IMG/VR virus record: IMGVR_UViG_3300002301_000003
Coordinates: 1 to 40,695 of that record
Strand: one strand, 5' to 3'
DNA from: a virus
Lineage: Duplodnaviria; Caudoviricetes
Length of the DNA stretch: 40,695 bases
The stretch's first letter is position 1, and the number at the start of each line of letters is the position of its first letter. A model generated the notes under the pieces. That model searched no databases, was not told the DNA's origin, and worked only from the letters and a program-made list of their open reading frames with translations. This document shows, one piece after another, positions 23,670 through 33,015 of the stretch. Made by a program: the position numbers and the translations under genes.

Positions 23670-25820
23670 TTGGACGACGAACCGGAACTGGCGACGATCC
23701 CCGAGATCGAGGACGACGCACCCGACCGCAAGGTCAAGGACCGCGACGCAGAGCTGACGACGCGAAAGTCCATCCGTGAGGACGCCGAGGAGGTCATCGG
23801 CGATGTGGACAAAGGTTTCGAGCGCAAGAGGGACCGGGCCGAGGCAATCAAGGACCATTGGTCAGCCTATAACAACCAGTTGTCCGACCGCCAGTTCTAC
23901 AACGGCACCAGCATGGTGTGCGTGCCCTTCATCCACGATGCGGTCGAGGCGCGCAAGACACGCTTCGCCAACCAGCTCTTCCCTCCGTCGGGTAAGTTTG
24001 TCGAGGTCGTCACCGAGAATGGCGACATCCCACACGCGACAGTCTCGCTACTGGAATACTATGTCCGCCGGCTGAACCTGAAAACCCAAGTGGTCGAGCC
24101 GCTCTGTGTCAACGGCGACAACGAAGGCCAGTACTCGATCTATGTCGGGTGGGACAAGATCACACGCGAGGTCACGCGCAAGATCAGGAAGCCGGTCGAG
24201 ATGGAGGGCATGGAGGTGCCCGCTGACGTAGCCGAGCCGATTGACGACATGGAGACCAAGGAGGTCGAGGACGCTGGCCCGGTCGTCGAGGTGCTGCTCG
24301 ACAACGACCTGCTCGTTCTGCCGGCCACCGCGCGCAGCATCGACCACGCCATTGAGTCTGGAGGGTCGGTGACGATCCTTCGCCGCTGGTCCAAGGCGGA
24401 GATCAAGCGCCGGAAGGCGAAGAAGGAAATCTCGTCGAAGGCCGCCGACGAACTCATGGAGGCGATGGGGCAGAACCCCAGCGCCAAGGACCGTGACACG
24501 GCGAAGGCGCAAGGCCGGGCCGCTGGGGTCAAGGTCCAGCACGACGACAAAGTGGCCTACGTCTATGAGACGTGGGCCAAGATGGACGTGGGCGGTGGTG
24601 AGCGAAAGCTCTGCCGCATCTATGCCGCAGGGCGTGAACACGTCCTGTCCGTCCGCCGCTGCCCTTACTGGTGCGATCAGGTTCCCGTCCTGTCCGTCGC
24701 CGTGGACAAGCAGTCAGGCGTGTTCAATGGCCGCGCCCCCGTCGCCGATGTCCTTGACCTGTGGATACTCGCCAACGACATGACCAACGAGGCGGCTGAC
24801 AGCGCGCACTACTCTGCCGCGCCGATCATCATGTCTGACCCCTCGAAGAACCCGCGCGTCTCCAGTTTGGTGTTCAGTCCGCTCGCCGTCTGGCTGACCA
24901 GCCCCAGCGACACCAGCTTCGCCAAGATTCCCGAAATGTGGCGTGAAGGGTTCCAGCGCGTCATGGAGGTTCGCGCGCAGATATTCCAGACACTCGGCGT
25001 CAACCCGTCGATGATCCCCGGCACCACCGGGGGCAAGAACAAGAAGAACCAAGCTGAGGTCGCTCAAGAGCAGCAGGTTGACATCCTCACCACCATCTCG
25101 GCTGTCGAGGTGATCGAGGACAACATCCTCACGCCGCTTATCTCTCGCATCCTCGAATACGATCATCAGTACCGCGACGACACGTTGACGATCCGAGGCT
25201 TCGGCGAGGTTGGCCGCAAGGTCATCATGGAGGAGATCGAGCCGCAGCAGGTCCACCGCCGCTATGACTTCCGCTGGTTCGGCGTCGAAGGCGCGCGCAA
25301 CGCCGCCCAGATGCAGCAGCAGATCGCCGCCGTGAACGTGGTGCGCGGCATTCCGCCGCAGCAATACCCCGGATACAAGCTGAACCTCGCCCCGGTCATC
25401 ACGCAGATGTTCGAGAACGTGTTCGGTCCGCGCATCGCGCCGCTGGTGTTCACCGAGGACACACCGATTACCGTCGATCCGAACATCGAGAACGACATGA
25501 TGATCCACGGCTTCGACGTGAAGGTCCATGCCGCTGACGAGGACATGCAGCACTTGCAGGCGCACATGCAGGCGGTGCAGCAGACGATGGACCCGCATGG
25601 AACGCTTCGGAAGCACATGGGCGAGCACCAGCACCAGTTGCAGATGAAGCAGCAGGCACAGCAGCAGATGAAGGCCGGGCCCCCACAGGGCGGCGCTCCG
25701 GGCGGCGGTCCGGCTCCGGGCGGGCAGCCCTCCGGGCCGCAGTCGCAGCCCGGCGCCCCAGGGCAAATCCCGCCCGACCAGATGGCCGCTGCTGGCGCGC
25801 CGCAAATGCCGAGGAAGTAG
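23670..25820 (+). CDS. Portal protein
   Basis: 716 aa following terminase; Gln/Pro-rich C-terminus typical of podoviral portals. Confidence 0.85.
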   Translation: MDDEPELATIPEIEDDAPDRKVKDRDAELTTRKSIREDAEEVIGDVDKGFERKRDRAEAIKDHWSAYNNQLSDRQFYNGTSMVCVPFIHDAVEARKTRFANQLFPPSGKFVEVVTENGDIPHATVSLLEYYVRRLNLKTQVVEPLCVNGDNEGQYSIYVGWDKITREVTRKIRKPVEMEGMEVPADVAEPIDDMETKEVEDAGPVVEVLLDNDLLVLPATARSIDHAIESGGSVTILRRWSKAEIKRRKAKKEISSKAADELMEAMGQNPSAKDRDTAKAQGRAAGVKVQHDDKVAYVYETWAKMDVGGGERKLCRIYAAGREHVLSVRRCPYWCDQVPVLSVAVDKQSGVFNGRAPVADVLDLWILANDMTNEAADSAHYSAAPIIMSDPSKNPRVSSLVFSPLAVWLTSPSDTSFAKIPEMWREGFQRVMEVRAQIFQTLGVNPSMIPGTTGGKNKKNQAEVAQEQQVDILTTISAVEVIEDNILTPLISRILEYDHQYRDDTLTIRGFGEVGRKVIMEEIEPQQVHRRYDFRWFGVEGARNAAQMQQQIAAVNVVRGIPPQQYPGYKLNLAPVITQMFENVFGPRIAPLVFTEDTPITVDPNIENDMMIHGFDVKVHAADEDMQHLQAHMQAVQQTMDPHGTLRKHMGEHQHQLQMKQQAQQQMKAGPPQGGAPGGGPAPGGQPSGPQSQPGAPGQIPPDQMAAAGAPQMPRK

Positions 25821-25821
25821 C

Positions 25822-25851
25822 TTGACAGCTAGCTCCGACCGGCTGTATTCC
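25822..25851 (+). promoter_or_regulatory. Putative promoter for head genes
   Basis: TTGACA-N18-TATTCC in the portal-scaffold gap. Confidence 0.45.
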
Positions 25852-25922
25852 TCGGGGCACCGACTGGTGGCCGATACCTCACCACACGACTTGCCGGGCG
25901 TTACTGGCTAGGAGAAGCGATA

Positions 25923-26651
25923 ATGGACCCTGACGACCTCAACGGTGGTGACGCCGACGACTATCTCGACGACACCGAAGTCCTTGACCAAGAAGACCAG
26001 GACGAAGCTGACCTAGTTGCTCCAGAGCATCAGGAAGCGCCAGAGGCAGAAGCAAGGCAACCGTCGCGGGGTAACGCCCGCATCCAGCGACTGGCGACCG
26101 AGCGTGACACTTACGCACAGGAAGCCGCCGCAGCCCGAGCAGAAGCCGAGGCTTCGCGTCGGGAGTTGCAGAACCTTCTGAGTGGTCAGAACCGCCAAGC
26201 CAGCGAAGCTCAGGAACAGCAGCGCCTCGCGCAGATGGAACCTTGGGACCGAGCTGAGTATATCGCTCGACAGACCCAGCAGCAGACACAAGGCGTCGTT
26301 GCTCGGTTGGAACGCAGCATCGCTGATCAAGGGGACAGGGCCGCGTTCGCAGCCATTTGCGCCTCGAAGCCAGCGGTAGCCAAGGTCAGCGCCGAAGTTG
26401 AGAAGCTTCACAGCGACCAGATCAAGTCGGGGGGCGTACCTCCGCCGCGCGAAGTGATCGCCGCCTTTGTGATCGGTCAGGCTATCCTGAACGGCGCAAG
26501 CAAAGCGAGAGCGACGCAAGTACGATCCGCTGCGGCGAACGTAGCTCGCGAGAGGGCAGCACCTGTCACTTCCGGTTCGGATGTGCGGGGGTCTAACTCC
26601 AAGAGTGAAAGCGCCGCTCGTATGGAGAGGTTGAGAAACCAACTCATCTAA
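25923..26651 (+). CDS. Capsid scaffolding protein
   Basis: Acidic N-terminus, coiled coil, position before capsid; AGGAG RBS. Confidence 0.75.
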   Translation: MDPDDLNGGDADDYLDDTEVLDQEDQDEADLVAPEHQEAPEAEARQPSRGNARIQRLATERDTYAQEAAAARAEAEASRRELQNLLSGQNRQASEAQEQQRLAQMEPWDRAEYIARQTQQQTQGVVARLERSIADQGDRAAFAAICASKPAVAKVSAEVEKLHSDQIKSGGVPPPREVIAAFVIGQAILNGASKARATQVRSAAANVARERAAPVTSGSDVRGSNSKSESAARMERLRNQLI

Positions 26652-26685
26652 CGTGGGGCCATAGTGGCCCCAGAAGGGGACCATA

Positions 26686-28035
26686 ATGGCCGGTAACAAC
26701 ACTGCCGCGAACTTTTCGTCTGACGTCGTACCTTTCATTCAGGAGAAGACTCTCCCGTTGGCTCGGCGTCAGCTCGTCGCGTATCAATTCGGAGACCCGC
26801 TACGCCTTGAGAAAGGCCGAGGCACCACCTACACCGCCACGCGGTACAACCGCATCGCGCTGCCCTACCAGCCGCTGGCCGAGGGCGTCGGCCCTCCGCT
26901 CGGTGAATCGCTGACCATCGGTCAGGTGTCGGCTGTCTGCCAGCAGTGGGGTGATAAGGTGGTCATCACCGACGTTGCCGAGATGACCGTCTTCCATCCG
27001 CTGTTCTCGCAGGCGATTGATCTGGTCGGTTTGCAGATGGGTGAAACGCTGGAGCGTAACACCTTCAACAACCTCATGGCGCTGACGCAGGTCAACTACG
27101 TCAACTTCCGAGGCTCTCGTGCCGCGCTCACCGCGACCGACTACCTCGACCCGCCCACCGTTTCGCGCACGTCGGCCAACTTGGAGACCATTGGCGCTCC
27201 GCACTTCATGGGCGACGAGCAGACCGATCAGAAGAACTCCCTGGACGGCGGCGGCGCTGACGCCTCCAAGAACCCGCGCACCAACCCGCACTACGCTGCG
27301 GCCATTCATCCGTTGGTGGTGAATGACTTCCGTCAGAGCTCCACCGTCGCTACCGCGTGGTCGTACAGCGACATCAACCGCCTGTACAACTTCGAGGCCG
27401 GCGAGTGGGCTGGAATCCGGTTCTGCAAATCGAACCTCATCCCGACCTTTACCGGGGTGGCGCAGATCACCGGCACAGCCGCGACGACCGGCACGCTGGC
27501 GACCGGCACCTACTACGTGCAGGTGACTGCGAGCGACACGCAGAACCAGTACGAGAGCCGCATCTATCAGGTCTCCGGCGGCATCTCCGTCACCGGCCCT
27601 ACCGGCTCGATCACGGTCACGCTGCCGACCCTCCCCGGGTACACCTTCAACGTGTACATCGGCACCACGGCCAGCCCGGTCAACCTTGGCGCTTGCGCTG
27701 CTGGTCCGACCTACGGTCCACAGACCGGACAGGCCACCCAGCTTGCCGGCAACCAGACCGTGACGATCACCACCACCGGCAATGCTCAGATCCCTCCTGC
27801 TGCGCCCGCGACCGGCATCACCGTGTACCCGACCTTCGTGTTCGGTCGCGGAGCCTACGGTCAGGTGGTCCTCGACGATCCGAAGTTCGCCTACCTGAAA
27901 GACCCCGACAAGTCTGACCCTTTCAACCAGCTTCGGGTGATCACTTGGAAGGTGTTCTACGGGACCATCATTCTCAACACGCAGTTCGCTGCGCGCATTG
28001 AGTCGACGGCCTCCACCAACGGCTCCTTCGGCTAA
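26686..28035 (+). CDS. Major capsid protein (N4-gp56-like) with inserted beta-rich domain
   Basis: QFGDP, PLAEG, QQWGD..ITD, GEWAGIRF, DKSDPFNQLRVITWK. Confidence 0.9.
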   Translation: MAGNNTAANFSSDVVPFIQEKTLPLARRQLVAYQFGDPLRLEKGRGTTYTATRYNRIALPYQPLAEGVGPPLGESLTIGQVSAVCQQWGDKVVITDVAEMTVFHPLFSQAIDLVGLQMGETLERNTFNNLMALTQVNYVNFRGSRAALTATDYLDPPTVSRTSANLETIGAPHFMGDEQTDQKNSLDGGGADASKNPRTNPHYAAAIHPLVVNDFRQSSTVATAWSYSDINRLYNFEAGEWAGIRFCKSNLIPTFTGVAQITGTAATTGTLATGTYYVQVTASDTQNQYESRIYQVSGGISVTGPTGSITVTLPTLPGYTFNVYIGTTASPVNLGACAAGPTYGPQTGQATQLAGNQTVTITTTGNAQIPPAAPATGITVYPTFVFGRGAYGQVVLDDPKFAYLKDPDKSDPFNQLRVITWKVFYGTIILNTQFAARIESTASTNGSFG

Positions 28036-28058
28036 CAGTCCTTAGCCTAGACATGACG

Positions 28059-28085
28059 GCCTCTGCGGGTTATGCCCGCAGAGGC
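28059..28085 (+). terminator. Hairpin after capsid gene
   Basis: GCCTCTGCGGG-TTATG-CCCGCAGAGGC, with an extended stem then TTTT. Confidence 0.55.
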
Positions 28086-28110
28086 TATCAAGGCTTTTGG
28101 AGGTTTAGCT

Positions 28111-28632
28111 ATGGAAGACGATGTAGACGCCCGGTTGGCGCGAGAAGCGGCCAAGCCGGCAAGGACGCCCAAGGCGGTAGAGGCTGAGGTGCGCAAGCAC
28201 CCGGTCCTGACCAACTCGGAATACGACGCTGCTGTGGCCGAAGCCCAGAAGCGTCTCGACGACGCCGAGCGCAAGGCTGCTCGCGAGCGCCTGATTGCCG
28301 ACAGCATGGACGCCATCCGTCGCGAGCGTAACGCGCTGACCGGCGTGGTGGACCAAGACGAGCCGGTGACGATCACCATCGACCTCGCCGAGTATACCGA
28401 CCGCATCGTCATCGACGGCGAGCAGTTCTTTCACGCATCGACCTACACGGTGCCCCGCCACAAGGCGCAGAGCATGAACGAGATCATGTTCCGCAGCTAC
28501 ATGCACCAAGCCCAGCTCGACGGCAAAGACCCGCAGGAGGCTTACCGCCGTAGCCACGCCCAGCACGTCAACAAGAATGGAGCCGTCCCTGTGGACCCGG
28601 CCCTTGCCGCCAAGATCGGAGCATTCGCATGA
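28111..28632 (+). CDS. Hypothetical virion-module protein
   Basis: GGAGG RBS before ATG 28111. Confidence 0.75.
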   Translation: MEDDVDARLAREAAKPARTPKAVEAEVRKHPVLTNSEYDAAVAEAQKRLDDAERKAARERLIADSMDAIRRERNALTGVVDQDEPVTITIDLAEYTDRIVIDGEQFFHASTYTVPRHKAQSMNEIMFRSYMHQAQLDGKDPQEAYRRSHAQHVNKNGAVPVDPALAAKIGAFA

Positions 28633-29180
28633 ACGAGGTAGAGACCATCCCGGCTTTGGGCATCGAAGTTGTATCGGCTCTGGGCGATACGCGCCAGCTC
28701 AAGATGACCACCTACGTCTCTCGCGACGCCGGCGCCGCCGAGATCAACGCTCTCCTCGACAAGGCGTTGGCGGCTGCTGACCGGCAGGAAGCCAAGTACA
28801 AGTGCGAGAAGGTGGCCGAGGACATAGAGGACGGCGAGCGCACCTTGCAGAACCTGCACGATGACGTGACCCGGCTCGACGACGAGCACAAGATGAGCCT
28901 CGCCCGCATCGACGTGCAGGCTGGTTTCGTGCGCGACGAGATCGCCAAGATTAACGAAGCTGTGAACGCTGCTGGCCGAGCCAAGGCTCTCGGCGCGCAG
29001 GGCGCTCAGCTCCACAACCTCGAAGAGCAGTTCAAGGCGTACAAGGCCCAGAAGGAGACACTGGAGTCCGAGCGCAAGAACCACAAGGGCAACATCGGGG
29101 TGACGATTGCGCGCCACGAGCAGCACCTCGCCAAGCTGCGCACGAAGCTCGCTGCGCTCACCGCGACTGCCGGAGGCTGA
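28629..29180 (+). CDS. Coiled-coil hypothetical protein
   Basis: ATGA overlap; heptad-rich sequence. Confidence 0.75.
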   Translation: MNEVETIPALGIEVVSALGDTRQLKMTTYVSRDAGAAEINALLDKALAAADRQEAKYKCEKVAEDIEDGERTLQNLHDDVTRLDDEHKMSLARIDVQAGFVRDEIAKINEAVNAAGRAKALGAQGAQLHNLEEQFKAYKAQKETLESERKNHKGNIGVTIARHEQHLAKLRTKLAALTATAGG

Positions 29181-29183
29181 CCT

Positions 29184-29870
29184 GTGGCACTGCAAGCGCA
29201 ACAGATCATTACGCTTGCGTGCCAGAAAGCGGGTGCGCCCGGCATGACCAGTCAGGCCGGGCAGTACCTCAACGCGATCCTCTCAGACCTGTGCGAGACC
29301 TATGATCTCGACTTGGCTAAGACGACCACGGTCCTGAACATATCGTCGGGCGCCGGGCCTTACCCCCTCCCAGCGGCCTACCTGCGCACTCTGCCCGGTG
29401 AGGTGTTCATCACCTTCAACAACGTACCCTACCCACTGGTGCCGCTCGACCTGGCCGAGTTCGATTCACTGGTGCAGCAGCCGGGTCTCCAGTCGATCCC
29501 GACGATGTTCGCCACCGACATGAGCCAGACGCCTCCGGTGATTTATTTCTGGCCGCCGCCGAACGGTGTGTACCCGGTGACGATCCGGTACTACCAGCAG
29601 ATGCCTGACATAGCCTCGCCGCAGAGCAGCAGCGTCGTGCCGTGGTTTCCCAACACGAACTATCTGGAGACACGCCTCGCGGGCAAGATGATGGAGCACG
29701 TGGACGACACACGCGCCGACTCCTTCCTCCAGAAGGCCGAGATGATCCTCAACAAGTACCTCAAGATGAAAGACGATGCGTCTGACAGGTCGATGCGGGT
29801 GAAGCTGGACCGTCGGTTCTTCGGCCAGAATTTCAACAGGTTGCCAAACACCAAGACCGTGGGCTTCTAA
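29184..29870 (+). CDS. Head-tail adaptor
   Basis: QQIITLA..., YLNAIL, YPLPAAY, YFWPPP pattern; position before nozzle. Confidence 0.7.
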   Translation: MALQAQQIITLACQKAGAPGMTSQAGQYLNAILSDLCETYDLDLAKTTTVLNISSGAGPYPLPAAYLRTLPGEVFITFNNVPYPLVPLDLAEFDSLVQQPGLQSIPTMFATDMSQTPPVIYFWPPPNGVYPVTIRYYQQMPDIASPQSSSVVPWFPNTNYLETRLAGKMMEHVDDTRADSFLQKAEMILNKYLKMKDDASDRSMRVKLDRRFFGQNFNRLPNTKTVGF

Positions 29871-29873
29871 GCC

Positions 29874-32015
29874 GTGGGCCTCCGCAACGCCAAGGACATC
29901 ATCTACTCTCCGGTCGGGTTGACGGATAGCCTCGACGGAACCAATGCGCCGTCAGGGTCGATGCGCTCACTACAGAACCTTTGCCCGAGCTATGGCACGG
30001 CCAACGTATTCGTTCCCCGGCCCGCTGGCGTGCCGGTCATATTCTTTCAAGGCGGAGACCTGACCACCGAGAGCGGCCTCAACATCACCACTGAGTCAGG
30101 CGTCGCTCTGGAGCTAGAGGGGCCTGTATACGGGGGACTGGTCAACGCCCTCATTGTGATAGGCACCAGAGCGTATGGATGGGCTCAGTCCGCGATATAC
30201 CCCGGATACGACGAGCCCTTCTGCTTCGACTTGGTGGCCCAAGGCTTCGTCACGATCTCCGGCATAACTGCCGCGCTCCTCCCCACGTCGCTCCCCTCAA
30301 CAGGGGACTGGACACCCCCGGTCGTTTGCGCCGTCACCAACTCCCTCATTCTTTTCCTGCATCCGGGTTATCAAGGTGGTGCGCTACCCTACTTCGGCTG
30401 GCTGGACATCTCAGGGTTCTCGCAGACGGTCCTGGCCAACACCTTGACCTCCTCCCGCACCCTGACCGGACTGGTCACGTCGCAGGGAACCTCAGCGCCG
30501 ATCCTGCAAGGCATTCAGCCGGGGCAGCTTGTCGCTGGTGCCGGCATCCCGGCGGGGACATACGTGGTGTCCGCGACCAATGGGACGTTCAGCCTCAGCA
30601 CCACCGGCAATGTGTCCAGTGGCACGTCTATAGCGTCAGTCGCCTCGGCCGCCGGGGTGATCGCCGGCATGAGCGTGACGGGCCCGGCTTTCCTCGCCGG
30701 AACCTATGTGACGAACGTCAGCGGCTCGACGGTGACGATAAACCAAGCGGCCATTCTCACCGCCACGGGCACGTCGGTGAACTTCTCCGGCGGCGGTACT
30801 GTCGTTATCTCAGCCAATCCGACAGCGACAGCCAACAACGTGTCTCTGACCTTCTCGGGAGGGAGCCCCGCCGCGCCCCTCTGGGGTGCAGGGAACACCA
30901 ACACCAACCCCTTGAGCCAAGTCCCAGTAGCCTGCTCAGGGTTCAGTGGGCGAGCGTACTTCGGTGTTGGGCCTTACCTTGTGTATTCCGACCCCCTCAA
31001 GCCCTTGCAGGTCAGCTTGGCTTCGCAGGCACTGGTGATCGGCGACAACACACCCATCACCCTCATCAGCTCTGTGCCGCTCACTTCTCAACTGACCGGC
31101 GGCGTGCAGCAGTCTCTAACCGTGTTCAAGGGCTCTGGCTCGCTGACGCAGATCACCGGGGACCCTCTCACTTCAAACTTGGCTCAGAACACGATCCAAG
31201 GGTCGGTAGGGACCCTCGCGCCGAACTCGATAGCAGCCACACCCTATGGCACCGCGTTTATCGCGACGGATGGTCTGCGGGTCCTCGGACTGACTGGAAC
31301 GCTGTCCGAGCCAATCGGTTCGAATGGAACAGGTGTTGTGCTGCCTTTTATGAACGCGCTATATCCGAGCCGGATGTGCGCCGACTACGCCGACGACATC
31401 TACCGCGTCACGGTGCAGAACGCCGCCGCGCCGGGACAGCCGCTCTACGAATATTGGTTCAACTTCCAAAACCAGCAGTGGACGGGCCCTCACACCTGCC
31501 CGATGCGGCTCGTCGCGGCCTACGATAGCGGGTCTTCTTTCCTCGGCATTCCCTGGAACGCGCAGGGGGTGGCGTGGCAGTCGGGCGTGCTTCCAGTGGC
31601 CACCTCCGAGTATGTCGAGAACGGCGTACCCCTTACATGGCAGTTCCAAACTACCTTGCTTCCCGACAACCACGACGGCAGCTTCAACAAAGTCATGCAG
31701 ACCAGCATCGCGCTGGCGATCTACGACACGGACCACCTTCTCGTCTCCGCCGTCGATGACGGAGGGGTGACGCTCGACGCGGTGGGGATTTCAGGTTTCT
31801 ACCCCTCAGCCGGTATATGGGGCACAGGTTTCTGGGGCTCTGGGGTGTGGGGCGCAGCAGCCCCTTACCTGCGAGAGATTCCCGTGCCATGGGACCAACC
31901 CTTGGTGTTCCGGCAAGTGTCCTTGTCGGTGACTGGGGCTTCGGCTCCGGGCCAGCAGATCGGGAACATATACGCCAAGGTACAGCCTGTGCCTTGGAAT
32001 TACGCACTACAGTGA
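29874..32015 (+). CDS. Tail nozzle/stabilisation protein (P22 gp10-like)
   Basis: 713 aa, beta-rich; VGTLAPNSI; WG repeats near the C-terminus; follows adaptor. Confidence 0.7.
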   Translation: MGLRNAKDIIYSPVGLTDSLDGTNAPSGSMRSLQNLCPSYGTANVFVPRPAGVPVIFFQGGDLTTESGLNITTESGVALELEGPVYGGLVNALIVIGTRAYGWAQSAIYPGYDEPFCFDLVAQGFVTISGITAALLPTSLPSTGDWTPPVVCAVTNSLILFLHPGYQGGALPYFGWLDISGFSQTVLANTLTSSRTLTGLVTSQGTSAPILQGIQPGQLVAGAGIPAGTYVVSATNGTFSLSTTGNVSSGTSIASVASAAGVIAGMSVTGPAFLAGTYVTNVSGSTVTINQAAILTATGTSVNFSGGGTVVISANPTATANNVSLTFSGGSPAAPLWGAGNTNTNPLSQVPVACSGFSGRAYFGVGPYLVYSDPLKPLQVSLASQALVIGDNTPITLISSVPLTSQLTGGVQQSLTVFKGSGSLTQITGDPLTSNLAQNTIQGSVGTLAPNSIAATPYGTAFIATDGLRVLGLTGTLSEPIGSNGTGVVLPFMNALYPSRMCADYADDIYRVTVQNAAAPGQPLYEYWFNFQNQQWTGPHTCPMRLVAAYDSGSSFLGIPWNAQGVAWQSGVLPVATSEYVENGVPLTWQFQTTLLPDNHDGSFNKVMQTSIALAIYDTDHLLVSAVDDGGVTLDAVGISGFYPSAGIWGTGFWGSGVWGAAAPYLREIPVPWDQPLVFRQVSLSVTGASAPGQQIGNIYAKVQPVPWNYALQ

Positions 32016-32022
32016 GGCACCC

Positions 32023-32820
32023 ATGAGCATCGCCAACGGGCTTACCATTCCATACCAGCTCGCCAATGGCAGCAGCGCGCTTGACGCGACGACAGCCATG
32101 GCCAACTATAACGCGCTCCTCGCAGGGCTCAACCGCGCCTTGCTCGATAGCGGTACGGGCATGAACGCCTTCGGTTCGCAGATACACAACATCGGCGCAG
32201 GCACAGCTTCGACAGACGCGGTGAACGTGGGCCAACTTACTGGGCTGCCGTACCTGACGATAACCGGAGGAACGCTGACCGGATCACTGGCGGCGGCGGC
32301 AGGGCTGACAGCGCCAACGATGCCGTCGGCGGACAACTCGACTAGCGCCGCGACCACCGCGTTCGTGCAGGCGCAGGTGACTACGCTCCTCGCGGCCATC
32401 GCGGCGTCGGCACCGTCAGGAGCGCTGATGGACTTCGCCATGCAGACCGCGCCTACCGGCTGGCTGGAGTGCACTGGCGCGGCGGTGTCCCGCACGACCT
32501 ACGCGGCGCTGTTCACCGCCATAGGCGTCCTCTATGGTTCGGGAGACGGATCGGCGACGTTCAACCTCCCCGACATGCGCGGCAACTTCCGGCGCGGATG
32601 GGATCACGGCGCAGGCGTTGACGCCGGGCGCGCCTTCGGTTCGCTCCAGCTCGACGCCTTCGCGAGCCACACGCACAGCGTGCCCTACTCCACGACGAAC
32701 CAAGCCTACTCTGGCGCCGGGGCCAACTTCTTCGGTAGTGGGTCATCGGCCACGGGCAGCACCGGGGGCACTGAAACGCGCCCACGCAACCTCGCCGTTC
32801 TCACTTGCATCAAGACCTAG
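32023..32820 (+). CDS. Tail fibre with tail-collar domain
   Basis: DAVNVGQL, AATTAFV, APTGWLECTG...FNLPDMRGNFRRGWD, ETRPRNLA. Confidence 0.9.
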   Translation: MSIANGLTIPYQLANGSSALDATTAMANYNALLAGLNRALLDSGTGMNAFGSQIHNIGAGTASTDAVNVGQLTGLPYLTITGGTLTGSLAAAAGLTAPTMPSADNSTSAATTAFVQAQVTTLLAAIAASAPSGALMDFAMQTAPTGWLECTGAAVSRTTYAALFTAIGVLYGSGDGSATFNLPDMRGNFRRGWDHGAGVDAGRAFGSLQLDAFASHTHSVPYSTTNQAYSGAGANFFGSGSSATGSTGGTETRPRNLAVLTCIKT

Positions 32821-32829
32821 GGGATAGAA

Positions 32830-33015
32830 GTGCACGACCACGAAACCGCAAAGCATATCGCAGACATAGGTGCGGCTATCCTGTCGGTGTTCGCGCTGAC
32901 CGCTCATGTCGCGCAGATCGCTAACCCTATTCTAGTTACAGTATCTACGGTGCTTGCCATCACATGGACGGCAACACGCCTGGTTGATCGGTTCAGCCGA
33001 GGAGATTCGAAATGA
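32830..33015 (+). CDS. Small two-TM membrane protein (holin-like)
   Basis: 61 aa, two hydrophobic segments, charged C-terminus. Confidence 0.55.
   Translation: MHDHETAKHIADIGAAILSVFALTAHVAQIANPILVTVSTVLAITWTATRLVDRFSRGDSK

Noticed and set aside
25822-25835. TTGACAGCTAGCTC matches the start of synthetic Anderson promoters
   Set aside because: Only 14 bp match and the flanks are native phage sequence; treated as coincidence.
23019-31528. Long antisense or alternate-frame ORFs (e.g. 24714-25805, 30179-31528)
   Set aside because: Shadow ORFs expected in GC-rich coding DNA; no recognisable motifs.
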